Of a stretch of DNA of 64,000 nucleotides, positions 23,563 to 38,279 are shown piece by piece. The position numbers and the translations under genes are program-made. A model generated the notes under the pieces. It was not told the DNA's origin, ran no database searches, and saw nothing but the letters and a program-made list of their open reading frames with translations. The DNA comes from the human T2T-CHM13v2.0 reference genome, Homo sapiens, in the NCBI RefSeq assembly GCF_009914755.1, contig NC_060935.1; one strand, 5' to 3'. Each line of letters starts with the position of its first letter. Position 1 is the stretch's first letter.

Positions 23563-26500
23563 ATCTTATCCTGGGGCTCCCATTCTCAAAGCCTCCTCCC
23601 TACCTGCTTCATCACCCAACCAATGAGCGCATTCCCCTTAGCCTGGTGCTTGAGACCTCCCACAGTGTGGTCTCAGTATCAGTGGAGCATAGCATCCCAC
23701 AGATGGAATCTTTGTCACTTCCTAAATGTGCTGCCCTACTCATAACATTCTCTCTCCCAAAAAAGCTTCCCTTAGCAGAGGATGGGGGCTTTGGTTTTTG
23801 GCTCTGCCACTGACAATACATGTAACATAGGATGAGTCAATCCACCTCCCCTAGCTGGACTCCCCTGCTCGGTACGTGGAGATATTATCATAACACTGGT
23901 TGGTTGTGAGATATGAGTGACACATAGCAAGTGCTCAGAAATGGGGATGACCTTTTCCATTTGTTTTGCCTGCCCAAGCCTCCCTATATTTTCTTAAAGC
24001 ACCTCCTTTAGGAAGTTGTCTTGGAGTTCCTCCCTCCTTTACCTGGAGGGATCTTTGCTTTCTTTAGCCCATAAGTGTCTTACAGCCACTTTCACCATCA
24101 TCCTTCGTTGTTGTTCTTCTTCCTCCTAAACTCTGAGCCCTTGCGGGATACAGGCTGTGACTTGCACATCTTTATATTCTCAGTGCTTTGTTTATAATAG
24201 ACCCTCAGGATATATCCATTGGAATGAGTGAATTTGGGGCCACTGGAATTCAGTTATTGCATCCCTTGGAAAGCTTGGTGAGTGGTGCCCAGCATGAATT
24301 GACCTGCAGGAGCAGCCATCTATTGCCTGTGCTCTTGAGTTCTGCTTTTTATTAAAATTCTTCCCTGCTATAGTTGGAGATCCCCCTCACCTCTTTTTAT
24401 AAAACACAGGCTCATGGGGTAGTGTAAATTTGCACAACCATTTTCTAAGCAAATTGGCTAAAACCCTAAATTCCCTAGAAGCAGAATGGCCCTGGATGTG
24501 CTTTTAAAAAACAGCATGGATTTTAGAACATGGAAAAAGTTATGTTAGAAGAACTAGACTCCTACCAAGTCAGAGATACATATATTTATTTCTTTTTATG
24601 GTTATGTTTATTTTCTTTTTATGGCTGAGTTGGCGTTGTGTTTGGTTTGTGTTGGGAGCTCCCCTCCATATACCTAGGCTAGAGGAAGATGACGAATGTA
24701 TTAGACAAGCCTTCTGCCAAGCACAGGAAGAATGCATCTTAGCCGTTCAGTTTGGTATGTGAAATTTGCCGGAGGGGCCACTGTTTTCCTTCTGAGAAGT
24801 TAGACAGAGTTGAAGTGTCTGAGGCCAGTTCACCCCAGTCATAGTAACTGTACAGCTGAGAAAGTCTTGGTTCTCTCTTCCAGCCTCCTGGCCAGTCAAC
24901 CATGTTCTTCTGTCTCAGCCACTTGCAGCAGCCTTTTTGCCTCTGTGCCTTTGCTTCCACCGGCATCTGCCTGGCGTGCCACTCCTGACGTTCCCCAACT
25001 ATTGTCCAGCTCTTGCTTCTTTCTGAAGAGAGGAATGTACATCATTTTACAGAAGCCTTCCCAGCTCCAACAGCATAAGAAAACCAAGCCTTCCTTTTAT
25101 TCCCTTAGTCCTCCATACTGCTGCTCTGTGTTGGCATTAATCACGTTGTCGTCTGCGTGTTGGATTTACCCTATTGTCTCTCTCTGAGCCTCTTGAGGGC
25201 AGGAACTGGATTTTATCTTTGTATCCTGCTTGGCATGCAGAAGCTCTCAAAGTGTGCTTGCACAAGTCAAAGGATTGGGATGGGATGATAATAGCTAACA
25301 TTTACCAGGTGCTGTGCTGTTTTATTCATAGAACTGGGTCTTGGTTCTGGTATTGCTTATTCATTTTTGGCATCTTCAGATTAGCTGGAAGGGTATTGCT
25401 ACACTGTCAAAAATAAAATACAGTGAAATTTATGCTAATGAAAACATACACCGTGTGTATGCCCAACTCTGTGCTTTGCAAAGTAGACATTCAATGGCTA
25501 TCTCTGGAATGACTGGATTAATGAATGAGTGAGTGGATGATTGAATGGAAAGAGACTCCATCCTCTGGGAAGGAAAGAAGAATGGAATGGGCTTGACAGC
25601 CATACTACTCTTAAAGCTGAACTTGTTGCTTGGCTGGAAGGAGGGATGAGGCAGGAGCTAAGCTGACAGAAGCACTCAGGGAATTCGCATATCCTCTTTC
25701 TTGTGATTTCTGTTTTAGGGAACCAACAGGTCTTTGGTACCATCTCCCATTTTTCCAGACCACAAGCTTTTATCTTGTTCTTCAGAATCCTAGAATTTTG
25801 CCACCAAGTTTCAGCCTAAAGGAAAATACACTTGTAGCATGCAAGTTCTCACCTCAAAACCTGCGTGAAAATAGTCGGTGTCATTGTAGAGTGATGCAGT
25901 GCAGAAAGGGGCCTGGGATGCTTCACCCGGAGAATGAAAGTCCCAAATCTGGATCCCATTTGCTCTTACCATCCACCTTGATAGGAGTGTGGGTGTGGCA
26001 CCTGTCACCATTCTGCTTGCATTTGTGTGAGTTTATGCCAGGCAAACATGAGTAAAACCAATTCCTTCCAACACTTGACACATAGATAAGTGAAGAAAAT
26101 TTTATCTTACATTGTGAACACAATGGCAGGTAAGATTGCAGGAATGATGGTTTGTGTACAAGCTATTAATAAAAGTTGTGTGTTGCATATACAAACTTTG
26201 CTTTATTGTAGATGGCCTTTTAGTTCGGTGCTATACATGTAATATTCAAAGTGTACATTATATTACCATGTTGTCTTTTTACTTTTATGAGTTATTTGTA
26301 ATGTGGATAATAATTCTTAGTTCACATCACATTTTGCTGACCACTCAAGGAAAAGTTGAACTACAAATATTTCAAATGAGGTGATAAATTACTGTTGGGT
26401 TCTTAATTGTCTGACAAAGAAACTCCATTGTTCTAAACCTTTCAAATATAGTGTGATTACCCTCGTTTGTGTGTCTTGCTCAATTTTAAAGTATAAATAG

Positions 26501-29009
26501 AGGGAGTTCCATTAAGCAATACAGGCTGTTTTCTTACCATGCTTACAAGGGCTGTTAGAGTATCAATGATGAAATTGAAACTTAGTTTGAACTTGATATG
26601 CAAAACAAAATAAATTTGACTCGTTTGAAATATTGCGTAAATATGTTCCAGAGCCTGGCACCAAGTATCTGGGGATTTTTAGAGCTGACCTCACTGAACA
26701 TTGAATTATAAGATACATTTTAACAGTGTTTTTGAACTGGTTGAAGAAACCCCTCTTCCATTCCCTTCAAGTCAAGTATTTCCTGATAAGAAATATTCTA
26801 CATTAAAAGAGAAGTTTCCTGTTGCACTTCTTCAGGTTTCTGGGTTAGTTTAATTCAATGGATTCCTGAAGCTGCAAGTGAAAGGTTAAATAGGTACCAT
26901 TTGCAACTACTTATCTGTGAATCAGAATTTTTTGAATATTGTGTATGCAGAATGAAAGAGAAACATACTTCGTTTGTGATTTAAACTATGTTCTTGAGAA
27001 CATACTGTAATTTACATAATTCAGATAAATTATCTGTTTTGTATATTGTGGTTATATATAAGGTTTCCTCTGACAGAGGGTGATTTCTGCTGCTAAAGTT
27101 GTTTAAAGACATTGCCCTTGATATTTCTAGCTAACAGTGGAGCTCCCAGGTGCAACCTGCTGTGGTTGAATTGGAAACTTGTCACTGAGCTCTTTTCTTA
27201 CCTGGCTCCTTCTAGGACTTTCAAGATCCTCTGGTGTGGCCGGGCCAGATGGGCTAGCCCTGATGCACATGTCCTTCTACGGTTCATGAGCGTTCCAAGC
27301 TTGAGTGGGAGAGTCAGCTTGGGCAGTGGGGGTGATAGTCATATCCTCTCACCATCTCCATAATGGGCCTCTTCTTCCAGGCAAGAGCAGGTGTTATCCC
27401 CATTTTACACTGAAGAGAAAACCAAGCTGAGAAAGGGCATGTGATAGGCCCAAGGGCATCTCCTGACCTTGACTAGCACTCTTTTCACCATGCTGTTTTA
27501 CCCTCGTATGTCTCAGTTGCTGTGCCTAGGAGAAGAGTTCCAGTTTGTAAAACTCTGTCCAAATTGATGGCCAGTTGGAGATTTTTCGGAAGGCTTAAGG
27601 GAAAAAAATAGCGCTTGTGGGACTTTTTTTTTTTTTTTTTTTTTTCAGAAGCATGATGCCAGCAGAAGACTTGTTTACTTGTGGTGCTATACTTGTGCGG
27701 CTGGTGTTTATCTCACTTTCTATAGAGGAACGCAGTTGATGTCTTCTTTTAAAAACACTAGACCCGAGACCTGGGATCACCCTTCCACTCCTCCTCATGC
27801 TGTTTGCTTTGGCATTCAGCCAGCTGCCTGCCTCTATGTGTCAAAAACAAGATCTCCCCACCCAAGGACATGATAGAGCTATCTGCAAGCCATTTTAAGG
27901 CACATATTCACGTTTAATGGTGGCACTTGAATTAGTTTTCACAAAGTCTGTGCACCAGAGCTTAACTACCTCACTCTCAGGCCACCTTCTGAAACTTAGT
28001 GACATCATTCCTAGGTGATTCTCTCAAGGCTCTGCCTATTTATTCTTCATGCCTTTGCAATTCTAACCTTTTAATTTCTGCTTCTTGTAGCATAAACTGC
28101 TAGAAAGTAGGGAAGAGGGTGTCTGCTAGAGAGAGAGAGGGTGATAGCTGATAACACAGGAAAAGATAAACACTATAGTTGGCACATTTAAAAGGTATAT
28201 TGAACTGGGCTCTTTAGCCCTAATTGCCTTTCTTTTTTTGGAAGGTCAGTACTATTGTCTGGCACAGTAGGACACTGGGCACAGTATGATTGTGATGTTT
28301 ACAAAGCATCATACTTGTGTCTAGTCAACTCTGTTTAAGGAAACAGGAAGATTGTTAGAAATACTAAAAATTAAATGAAAAGTTGTGATGCTTGAAGTGC
28401 TGATTAGTATTCGGACTAAAGTATATGAATGAATAACAATTTTTTCTCTGCAGAGACTGCAGCATGAAATCTCATGCTACATTGACTGGTGGCAGTGGTT
28501 TTTATTTCATAGAACTTTCTTTTCTGTTGTTGAGATCTGTGCTGTTGGTGCTGGTTCTGCTTTGGCAGTTCCCAAAGTCCCTTACAGGACAAGAATGATG
28601 AGTGGGGATATAAATCTCAATTCCAGCAGCTGCTCACTCACAGGTGTCTCGGTGGAAGAATTGGGTCTTGTTGAGCCTGTAGCTTCTCTCTATATACTGC
28701 TGGGAGATGCTGCCTGTGAGTGCCTTGCTTGATATCCAGGTGCTAGGGCTAAGGACCTCTTTGTGGAATAGCCATCTTTGCTTGAGGTCTGTGCAATTGT
28801 GTATGCCTGCAGTGCAGTGCCTGGTAAGGCTTTCAAACTGTGGGCAAGAATGTAACAATGCCTGTCACTCGTGAAGAGACACAGTCGGTGAGGTGAGTAT
28901 GGATTAGTGCCAAGGAAAGTTTTCTGGGTCAGAGACTTTATCCTGCTGCAGGAATTAACTCCATTGATCAAAAACAGCCTTAATTGGGATGGGGCTCGGG
29001 GGCAAATTT

Positions 29010-30015
<1,006 letters not shown>

Positions 30016-30028
30016 ATAGTTTCTTTTT

Positions 30029-30335
30029 CTACTTATTTATTTTAGAGATGAGGGTCTTGCTTTATCTTCCAGGTTGGAGTGCAATGGTGTGATCGTAGCC
30101 CACTGTGTCCTTGAACTCATAGGCTCAAGTTATCCTCAGCTCCCCCAAGTAGCTAGAACTACAGGTGCATGCCACTGTGCCTGGCTGATTTTTTAATTTT
30201 TATTTGTTTTGTAGGGATAGGGTCTTGCTCTGTTGCCCGGGGTGGTCTTGAACTCCTGGTCGTTAACCCAAGTAATCCTCCTGCCTTGGTTTCACACAGT
30301 GCTGGGATTGCAGTTGTGAGTTACCATGCCCAGCC
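30029..30335 (-). mobile_element. AluJ, antisense
   Basis: Alu body; perfect 16-bp TSD CTGATAGTTTCTTTTT at 30013-30028 and 30336-30351. Confidence 0.92.
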
Positions 30336-30477
30336 CTGATAGTTTCTTTTTAGAAAGCTGATCAGCATGGGCCCCTTTTTACGTCTTTTAGTTCTTTGAC
30401 TTACTGGAACTTTTCTGATTTCATTTTTTAAAAGGGACTCTTCTACCTTTTAAAAGTCCTACAACATCTTTTTCTTA

Positions 30478-30843
<366 letters not shown>

Positions 30844-30889
30844 CCCACGAATTGTATATGTGTTCTTTATGAAAATAATGTGACAGATA

Positions 30890-31790
30890 TCATTGGGCAT
30901 CTACTGTGTGCCAGGGATACAAGGATGAATAAGATGTGGCTCCTGTTATTCAGAGTTCACAGTGAAGTCAGGAGTATAGTTATACCAGTAAATGATGGTT
31001 AAACTGGGTGATAAGTGCAAATAGAGGGCGGTACAGTACACACAGTGAGAATAGAGTGGTGCTGGTAATTCATTTATTTAATAAAGAGGGAGCATCTTTA
31101 TTATAATTTATTTAATCAAGAGCAAGCACTGGCCAGACACTGTTGTAGGCACTGGGATGACACTGTTGTAGGCACTGGGACAGCAGTGAACAAGCAGGTA
31201 AGGTCCTGTTCTCATGGAGCTTCTGTTCAGCAAGAGAGAGAAATAGACATGTCATGAAGAGCGTGACCGGTGTGAAGATGAAGAGGAGGATAATGGCAGG
31301 TGGGTTGTTGTGACACGTGAGTTAGGGAGAGTAGCTCTTCAGGAGGAGGAATGATGGTATGTAGAGGAGGAGAGAGTGAGTGCTAGCGTCTCCTGGAAGG
31401 GGATGGAAGAGATGGAGATGGCATTGCAGGCAGAGGGCCCAGCTGGTACAAAGGCACAGACATAGGATATCTGGGAGGCCCCCGCCATTTTGGGTTTACA
31501 GCAAGTTGGGGATGGTGTTTTTAGGACTGTACTGTGAATACCATGTTTAGGAGCTTGGATTGATCTGTTGGTGACTGGCTGGCCTGCTGGACTTTAAATT
31601 GGGAAGAGATATGATTGGACTGGTGGTTTAGGAAGTTCCCTCTGACTCTGAGACTGGATTGAAAGAGAAAGACGAGAGTCAGGGTAGTCACTGGGGAGGC
31701 CACTGCAGCGGCTCGGGAAGAGGTGATCAGGCCGTGGAAGAGAGGTGGAATGAAGAAATTAGAATGTGCAGGACTGGGTGATTATAAGCC
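30890..31790 (-). mobile_element. L2 fragments, antisense
   Basis: ATTGGGCATCTACTGTGTGCCAGG, GGCACTGGGACAGCAGTGAACAAG, GGCATTGCAGGCAGAGGG, GGTTTAGGAAGTTCCCTCTG. Confidence 0.7.
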
Positions 31791-32934
31791 ATAGAAATCC
31801 TGGCTAGAGCAGGAGTTGGAAGAGATTGAGGTAGTAATGACATAATTCATATTTGTTCATTTAAATCCAGGTTTGTCTAATGCCACTTTAAGATGTTCTC
31901 TTAGTAGTCACCAGTGATGTCCTGAGGTCAAACCCTGGTCTTTTAGCAGTTCAGCATCTCCCTGTTGTTTGAGATCTTGCATACTGCAAACCTCCCTGGA
32001 GCCTCAGAGACCCTTTCCCCAGGGGTCCCTGGCTGGTGAAGGCCTGAAGACAAGGCCAAGTCCTCTCTTCATTGCTGTCAACATTGTTAGTCCTTTCATG
32101 TTCCCTCCCCTACATCTGGGAATGCAGTGAGATGCAGTTTCCCATCTCCTTTCTTGTCCCATAAGACTAGTAAACAGGCCCTTTACCCTCTGGGGGTTTT
32201 TTACTGAGAATCAATAAAAGGAAACTGCTAAAGAAGCAAGGTAACGTGGAAGGTGACTGATGTAATAAAGGCAAAGTAGCAAAGATAGCAAGGTAACAAG
32301 TTAACAGCTGTAGCAATGAAGCAAGTGTGGGGTCCCTCAGGAGGTTCTGCTCCTCTTACAAAGTCACTGTCCTGATTGCTGGTCCCTGACTCTTGGTTAG
32401 GCTGTATCAAGCTTCCTGATCTCATCTTTTATTTCTCAGGGTTGAATGTGCAGAGCCTGCCTCTCTCTTCTCTACTCCTCTTCTCCAGGTCCTCTGCACC
32501 TCTTTCTTCATGAAAGCTCCTCAGTCCAGTCCTAGGCACTCAGGGAGTGTCCATTTCTGGGCCCACTTGGATAATTTGCATCTTTTGAGGGACATTCTCC
32601 ATAACAGTCCCCAACCTTATGGGGCAGTCTTTTTGAAGTATTTCTTCATGGAGTCACCCTTGTCCTCAAATATCTCCCTCTTCTCTGTCCGTCTGCCCGT
32701 CCATCCATCCATCCATCCAATAATTTGAGCTTCTTATTGGAGCAAATCACTGTTCTTAGTACTCAGGATATAAAAATAAATTGCCAAGGGACTCTCAGTT
32801 TTCTTCCTACCACTCTGACTATGGCCTCTGGAATCTTTGCTGGCATTGCCTCTTCCTGTGAGAACCACTGACATTTTATGTGCACCTACACAGCTTCACC
32901 TGCTATCTGTGTGCTGCTGTCGGTGCATGATGAC

Positions 32935-33125
32935 CGCCATCCCAGCTCTGCAATTTACCTTGCTGTGTGGCTTCAGGCATGTTCCCTAAACTCTGTTGCT
33001 GCCCTCAGTTGGTAAAATGGAAATGATAGTGTACTTATTTGAAAAGTTGCTTTGCAGATTAAGTTAAATAATGCATGTGAAGTGCTTGGCACATTGGCTG
33101 GAACAGATTAAGTACTTAAATGTTA
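32935..33125 (+). mobile_element. MIR SINE
   Basis: CCCAGCTCTGCAATTTACCTTGCTGTGTG...TAAAATGGAAATGATAGT...ATGTGAAGTGCTTGGCACA. Confidence 0.75.
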
Positions 33126-33520
33126 TTACCACCACCGCCATCACTACTGTTAGTATTGCTGCTATCACTACCATTCTTTCTGCCCTTGGGAAATATATCA
33201 ATCACGTGAGAATAATAGGGAGTAAAATGAGAGACCAGACTTTTATCTGGGTGAGAATAAATCAAATCCAGTATCTTTGGGATTGATATGCAAGCATTAT
33301 GGGGCAATTTTGAATTGACAATTGAGAGGGGAGCCTGTGGGAAGACTTCATTAGGGATAAGTGAGTCTTAAATAGTACTTGGGCCTGAATTGATAAAGAA
33401 GAGGCATCAAGTTTAGACCCAAGCTAAGTTGGAAAGGTCTTTAGCCTTCTGTCTAGTAGGAGGGTTCTCGGGTTGGTGACCAGGTACTTCTCAGGTGAAC
33501 ACGGTGGGGCCTGTGCATTT

Positions 33521-33844
<324 letters not shown>

Positions 33845-34134
33845 TGAGGCTCCTCAAACCCGTGCCCACATTGGGGATTGTCTCTAGATTTATTTAATAT
33901 GCTGCATGTTTATAATTATGCCTGAGTGTTTTCAGATGTCTAAAATGCAAATCTATTCAAAACATTACTAAACATTGTATTAGTTTGTTGGCTCTTAGTC
34001 ATTAGATATTAAAAGTAGGACTTCTATTACATGGGTGGCCTGTAGAACATTTTGGTGTTAGAAGGGGTTCCCAAACTTGAAAAAGTCAGGAACCACAGAA
34101 TTTGCCTGATAAAACCAGAAGCAGATCCTGGCAG

Positions 34135-34625
34135 CATTCTAGCTGGAGGGTACAACCCAATTAAAATGGCTGTGTAATAAAGCGATCTTATATCTCATAG
34201 GACAAAAAGTCCAGAGGTACAGTGATGCTAGGGTTAGTTAGAGCAGCGTCTCAGTGACCTCATAGGACCTGGTTGTTCGCCTTTTCCACTCCGCCGTCCT
34301 TTGCGTGTCAGCTCTCTCCTCTCATGTTCAGCAAATGGCTGCAGCAGCTCCCGGCATCACATCTCCATACTAATGTCCCAATATATTTGTTCCTGGCCTC
34401 ACTTCTCTCAGTAAGGAAAGCTTTCCAATTACTGGCCAGCCTTCAGACTTTTCCCTCATGCCTCACTTTGATGAATGGCCTAACTTGCACATTCCTAGAT
34501 GAAATAGGGCCTAGGGAGTGGAATTCCCACACACAGGTCAGGGATCCCAGTGGAAGAGGGAACGTGTAGATTGAATCAGGATTCTGCCTTCAAGAAAGGT
34601 GGGGTGGAGTATTTGGGTAGGCAAG
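34135..34625 (-). mobile_element. Old MaLR LTR (MLT1K/L-like), antisense
   Basis: AAAAAGTCCAGAGGTA, CTTTTCCACTCCGCCGTCCT, AAATGGCTGCAGCAGCTCCCGGCATCACATC. Confidence 0.6.
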
Positions 34626-34905
34626 AATATCTGGGCAGGCAGGAACTCGGGAGGCTGCCAGGCAGTTCATCAGGGCGGTAGCTGGGAGAAGGTTCCCAAG
34701 CAGTCACATCCAGGGCTGCTCTTTGGCTAAGGGGCAGAAGCCTCCCAAGCAGTGGCCCCAGGGAGTCTCCTGGCACAAGGAGAAGTGGAAAGGTCTTAGA
34801 GTGGGATGATAGGATCTGCACCCTGTCTTTGCCCCCAGCAGCTCTGGGCCATTTATCCTCTGTATAGTGCTCTGGGGAGAGACTGCAAATGCTTCTTTTG
34901 GCTTT

Positions 34906-35014
34906 TCTTTTTTTTGAGACGGGGTCTCATTCTGTTGCCCAGGCTGGAGTGCGGTGGTGGACCACACCTGGCTAATTTTTGTAGTTTTTATAGAGACAAG
35001 GTTTCACCATGTTG
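34906..35014 (-). mobile_element. Short Alu, 5'-truncated and internally deleted, with TSD
   Basis: GAGACGGGGTCTCATTCTGTTGCCCAGGCTGGAGTGCGGTGG joined directly to ACCACACCTGGCTAATTTTTG...GTTTCACCATGTTG; TSD TTTTGGCTTT 34896-34905 / 35015-35024. Confidence 0.85.
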
Positions 35015-35131
35015 TTTTGGCTTTGTTAAATGAGAGCCCACTGTGTCCTGGCCTAGGCACTGAAGATATAGTGAAAGACAAATAGGCATGGACTCATCCC
35101 TCTTTCATTCATTTATTTAGTCATTCATTCC

Positions 35132-35517
35132 AGTAGTAGTTTCCTGGGGCTGCTGTAACAAAGCACCATAGGCTGGGGATTTAAGCAACAGAAGTGTATT
35201 TGCTCATGGTTCTGGAGGCTGGAGGTCCAAGATCAAGATGCCAGCAGGTTTGATTTCTTCCGAGGCCCCTCTTGTTGGCCTGCAGTAATGGTCTTCTTGC
35301 TGTGTCCTTGGGTGGTCTCTCCTCTGTGTGTGTCCCTAGTGTCTCTATGTCCCAGTCTCCTCTTGTAAGGACACCAGTCACACTCGGTTAGGGCCCACCT
35401 TGTTAATCACCTCTTTAAAAGGCCATGTCTCCAAATGCTGTCACATCCTGAGGTACTTGGGATTAGGGGTTCAACATACGATTTTTTTGAGGGGGAGACA
35501 CAATTCAGCCCATAACA
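35132..35517 (-). mobile_element. MLT1B solo LTR, antisense, inserted in an L2 tail
   Basis: Ends ...ACACAATTCAGCCCATAACA; internal TTCTGGAGGCTGGAGGTCCAAGATCAAG; perfect 5-bp TSD ATTCC 35127-35131 / 35518-35522. Confidence 0.9.
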
Positions 35518-36186
35518 ATTCCGCAGTTCTCTACCAAGTGTCAGTATGTGTCAGGCACTGCCCTCTAGGAATGTAGCTATGAATAAAACACAAAAATCTC
35601 TACCCTTATGGAGCATACCATGGGGTCGGGGAGTTTAGTGGTCTTCAGTCACCGCTTCCAGTTTCTGTTTGGGACCCATCTAACTTAGTATGATTTTAGC
35701 ACCCTCCTCTCCTCCAAATTCCTTATTCCTGTAAATTCCATGCCCTGAGACCATTCCTTCACCAGAGACAAAACCCAGGGATGGAAAAGCCTCGTGACCC
35801 AGTGTAACCAGCAGAACAGGCATCAGGGACAGGAGATCCTTTCTAGTTGAGCAGGACTCCTTGAGGGATCTGAGAAACAGATAAAGCCTGGGGACTGGGG
35901 AGGAGGAGAGGGTATGGGTCTCGGGTGATGGCTGGGCAAGGAGAGGCTGTGGGCAGTTTTCTTTAGCCAAGGGCTGGTTGCCTTCGTTTCACCTGGGTGG
36001 GGGGCCCAGGTGTTCTGCTCCTGGGGAAGCTTGTTTCTGGAAGCCGCAGCAGGCTGGCTGTCTCTCTGGGGAGCTGCACGTGATGCAGACGGGGCTGCTG
36101 GAGACAGGCCTACTGGCATGGAGACCTACCTTGCAGGGGCTTTGCCAGAAGGGGTTGGGATCAGGGAGTCACTTCCTGAATGATTT

Positions 36187-36389
36187 GGGTTGTAGATGGG
36201 CTTATCAGATTAAAAAAAAGATGCCCAGTTAAATTTGAATATCAGATAATCAGTGTATGTCCCATGATTCAAATTTCAGGTAAGCAATATTTGGGAAAAA
36301 TTTATACTAATAAATTAATTTGAATGTCATTTTTCTGACATTCACATTTAAGGGGGCATACCATTTTTATTTCCCGAATCTAGCAATCT
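36187..36389. mobile_element. MER53 palindromic MITE
   Basis: GCCCAGTTAAATTTGAATATCAGATAA...GTATGTCCCATG...GCAATATTTGGGA...TTATACTAA...ATCTAGCAATCT. Confidence 0.8.
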
Positions 36390-37042
36390 CACCTCTAGGG
36401 GTTCCCAGATTAACAGGTGGCGATGGAAGATGGGGGAAAGACCAACAAGAACAATCGTAATTCATTTTTTTACAGTAAAAATCTTGGCCAAGGAATCATT
36501 TCCTAGCTCACCCTCCCCACCTTCCCCCCAAGACTGAGACTGTCATTTGCCCCCTTTGCATGAACAGACCTCACAGAGAGGTCATAGCCTGGTGACTTAG
36601 GATGGGCTTCCTGTCCTGCGCGGGCTCTTTGTCTGTCGGCTTCCGGCCGAGGGATGGGAGGGGGAGCAGTCTGAACACTGGTGGAAACTCCGGCCAACTC
36701 TCTCCACTGCCCTCCTTTTCTGTTGCATTGGAACCACCGGACAAGCAGAATCGCTGTGCCCCAATCCAGCCTCATCTGTCTTAGAACAGGTAGGTGTCTG
36801 CGAGGGAGTGCAGCAGAGAGTGTGACTTCCTAGGAGTTCACGGGGGGGTTCCTGCAGCCCTTGGAGAGCACCCTTTTTCTGCTGACATCCCTCCCCCCTC
36901 CATTGAGGGACCTCTGTCATTGCTGCTGAATCCCTGGACCTGAACCTGTGATCAAGAAGTAATCCTTTTTATTTTCCCCCCAGACAATGTTTAGATTTTT
37001 GAGGTCTCATTTTTAGCAGTGTCCTGGCACTTGCTTCTTAGT

Positions 37043-37354
37043 CAGGGGTCAGAAAACTTTTTCTGGTATAGGTCAGATAGCAAATATTTTTGACTTTGCA
37101 GGTCACCTGGTCTCTGCCACCACCTCTCAGCTCTGCTGTTGTGGTTTGAAAGCAGCCATAGACAACATGAAAACCAGTGGATGTGGCTATGTTCCAGTAA
37201 AATCTTATTTATGGACACATGTGAACTCCATGTAGTTTATTATTCCTTTGTTTTTCAACCATTAAGGAATGTAAAAACCATTCTTCCTTCATGGGCCATA
37301 CAAAAACAGATGGCAGACCAGATTTGGCCTGTGAGCCATGGTTTGCCAGCCCTC
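37043..37354 (+). mobile_element. MER58B hAT-Charlie element
   Basis: CAGGGGTCAGAAAACTTTTTCTG...GATTTGGCCTGTGAGCCATGGTTTGCCAGCCCT; 8-bp TSD TTCTTAGT / TTCTAAGT. Confidence 0.88.
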
Positions 37355-38279
37355 TTCTAAGTCATCAGCAGAGAACATTACAGATCAGAAGCCTGGCTCT
37401 GCGTTCCCGACATAGGCGCTGAATGGCTTCCCGCCCTGAGGTCACAGCTTCTGCTGCTCCCAGGTGACTGACTGAGCTGGGATCCGAAGTAGTGGGCTTG
37501 GCCTCTCAGCTGCCCACAATGTGGGTACCAACTCACATACCATAGTTTGCTGTACAGAGAAAGGTTCCTGCATGGATTTGTAGATCTTCAGAGGATGAGC
37601 CATAAACAGTCAAGTCTGGCCATGGAATGTAATGAATGTAGTTATACTGATCATAGACTATAATATCCAGAGTGATTCGGGGCTAATAAGTAGCCAGCAG
37701 AATTGAATGTGGGGCAGTTGTATGCCTCTGGTATGCTACTTTCTGCCTACAGTTGTGTGTGTGCTTGGTATTGTGTGTTTTAAGTGAAAGGATCAATTGG
37801 ATTTGAATTTCTGTCACTGGTAGGGTCTAGCTACACCTGAAACATGAGTCAGGAGGCAGGGCCCTTCATTCCTGAGTGTCTTGACTGATGGAAGCTTTGT
37901 GTTTTATGGATAGAAGATGTGCTGTGTAAGGTGGACAGTGGAATTACACCTCCACAGAAATCACTCCTGGATGGAGAATCAAGTTTGCATGTGTGCCCTG
38001 TAGCATTCATTCTTGCCGCATGCTGGGAGATGGGTGGTTATTAGGTTATGTCAAAGTAGTGTTTGCCTTAATACACGATCTTCCTGCAGTAACCCAATAA
38101 TGGAAGTGGAAGGGAGGGAGGAGGGGAAGGTGATGACCTGCTTATTTGAAAGTGGGAAGCATCTGGAAGTCAAGGAAGCTTTGTGTGGTGTTAACAGGGA
38201 GCTAGTAGGGGTCTGTACCCCACTGCTCACCCCAGGCCCCTGGCAGGTTTGAATTCACTAATTCTAGTCCTCAGGTGAG

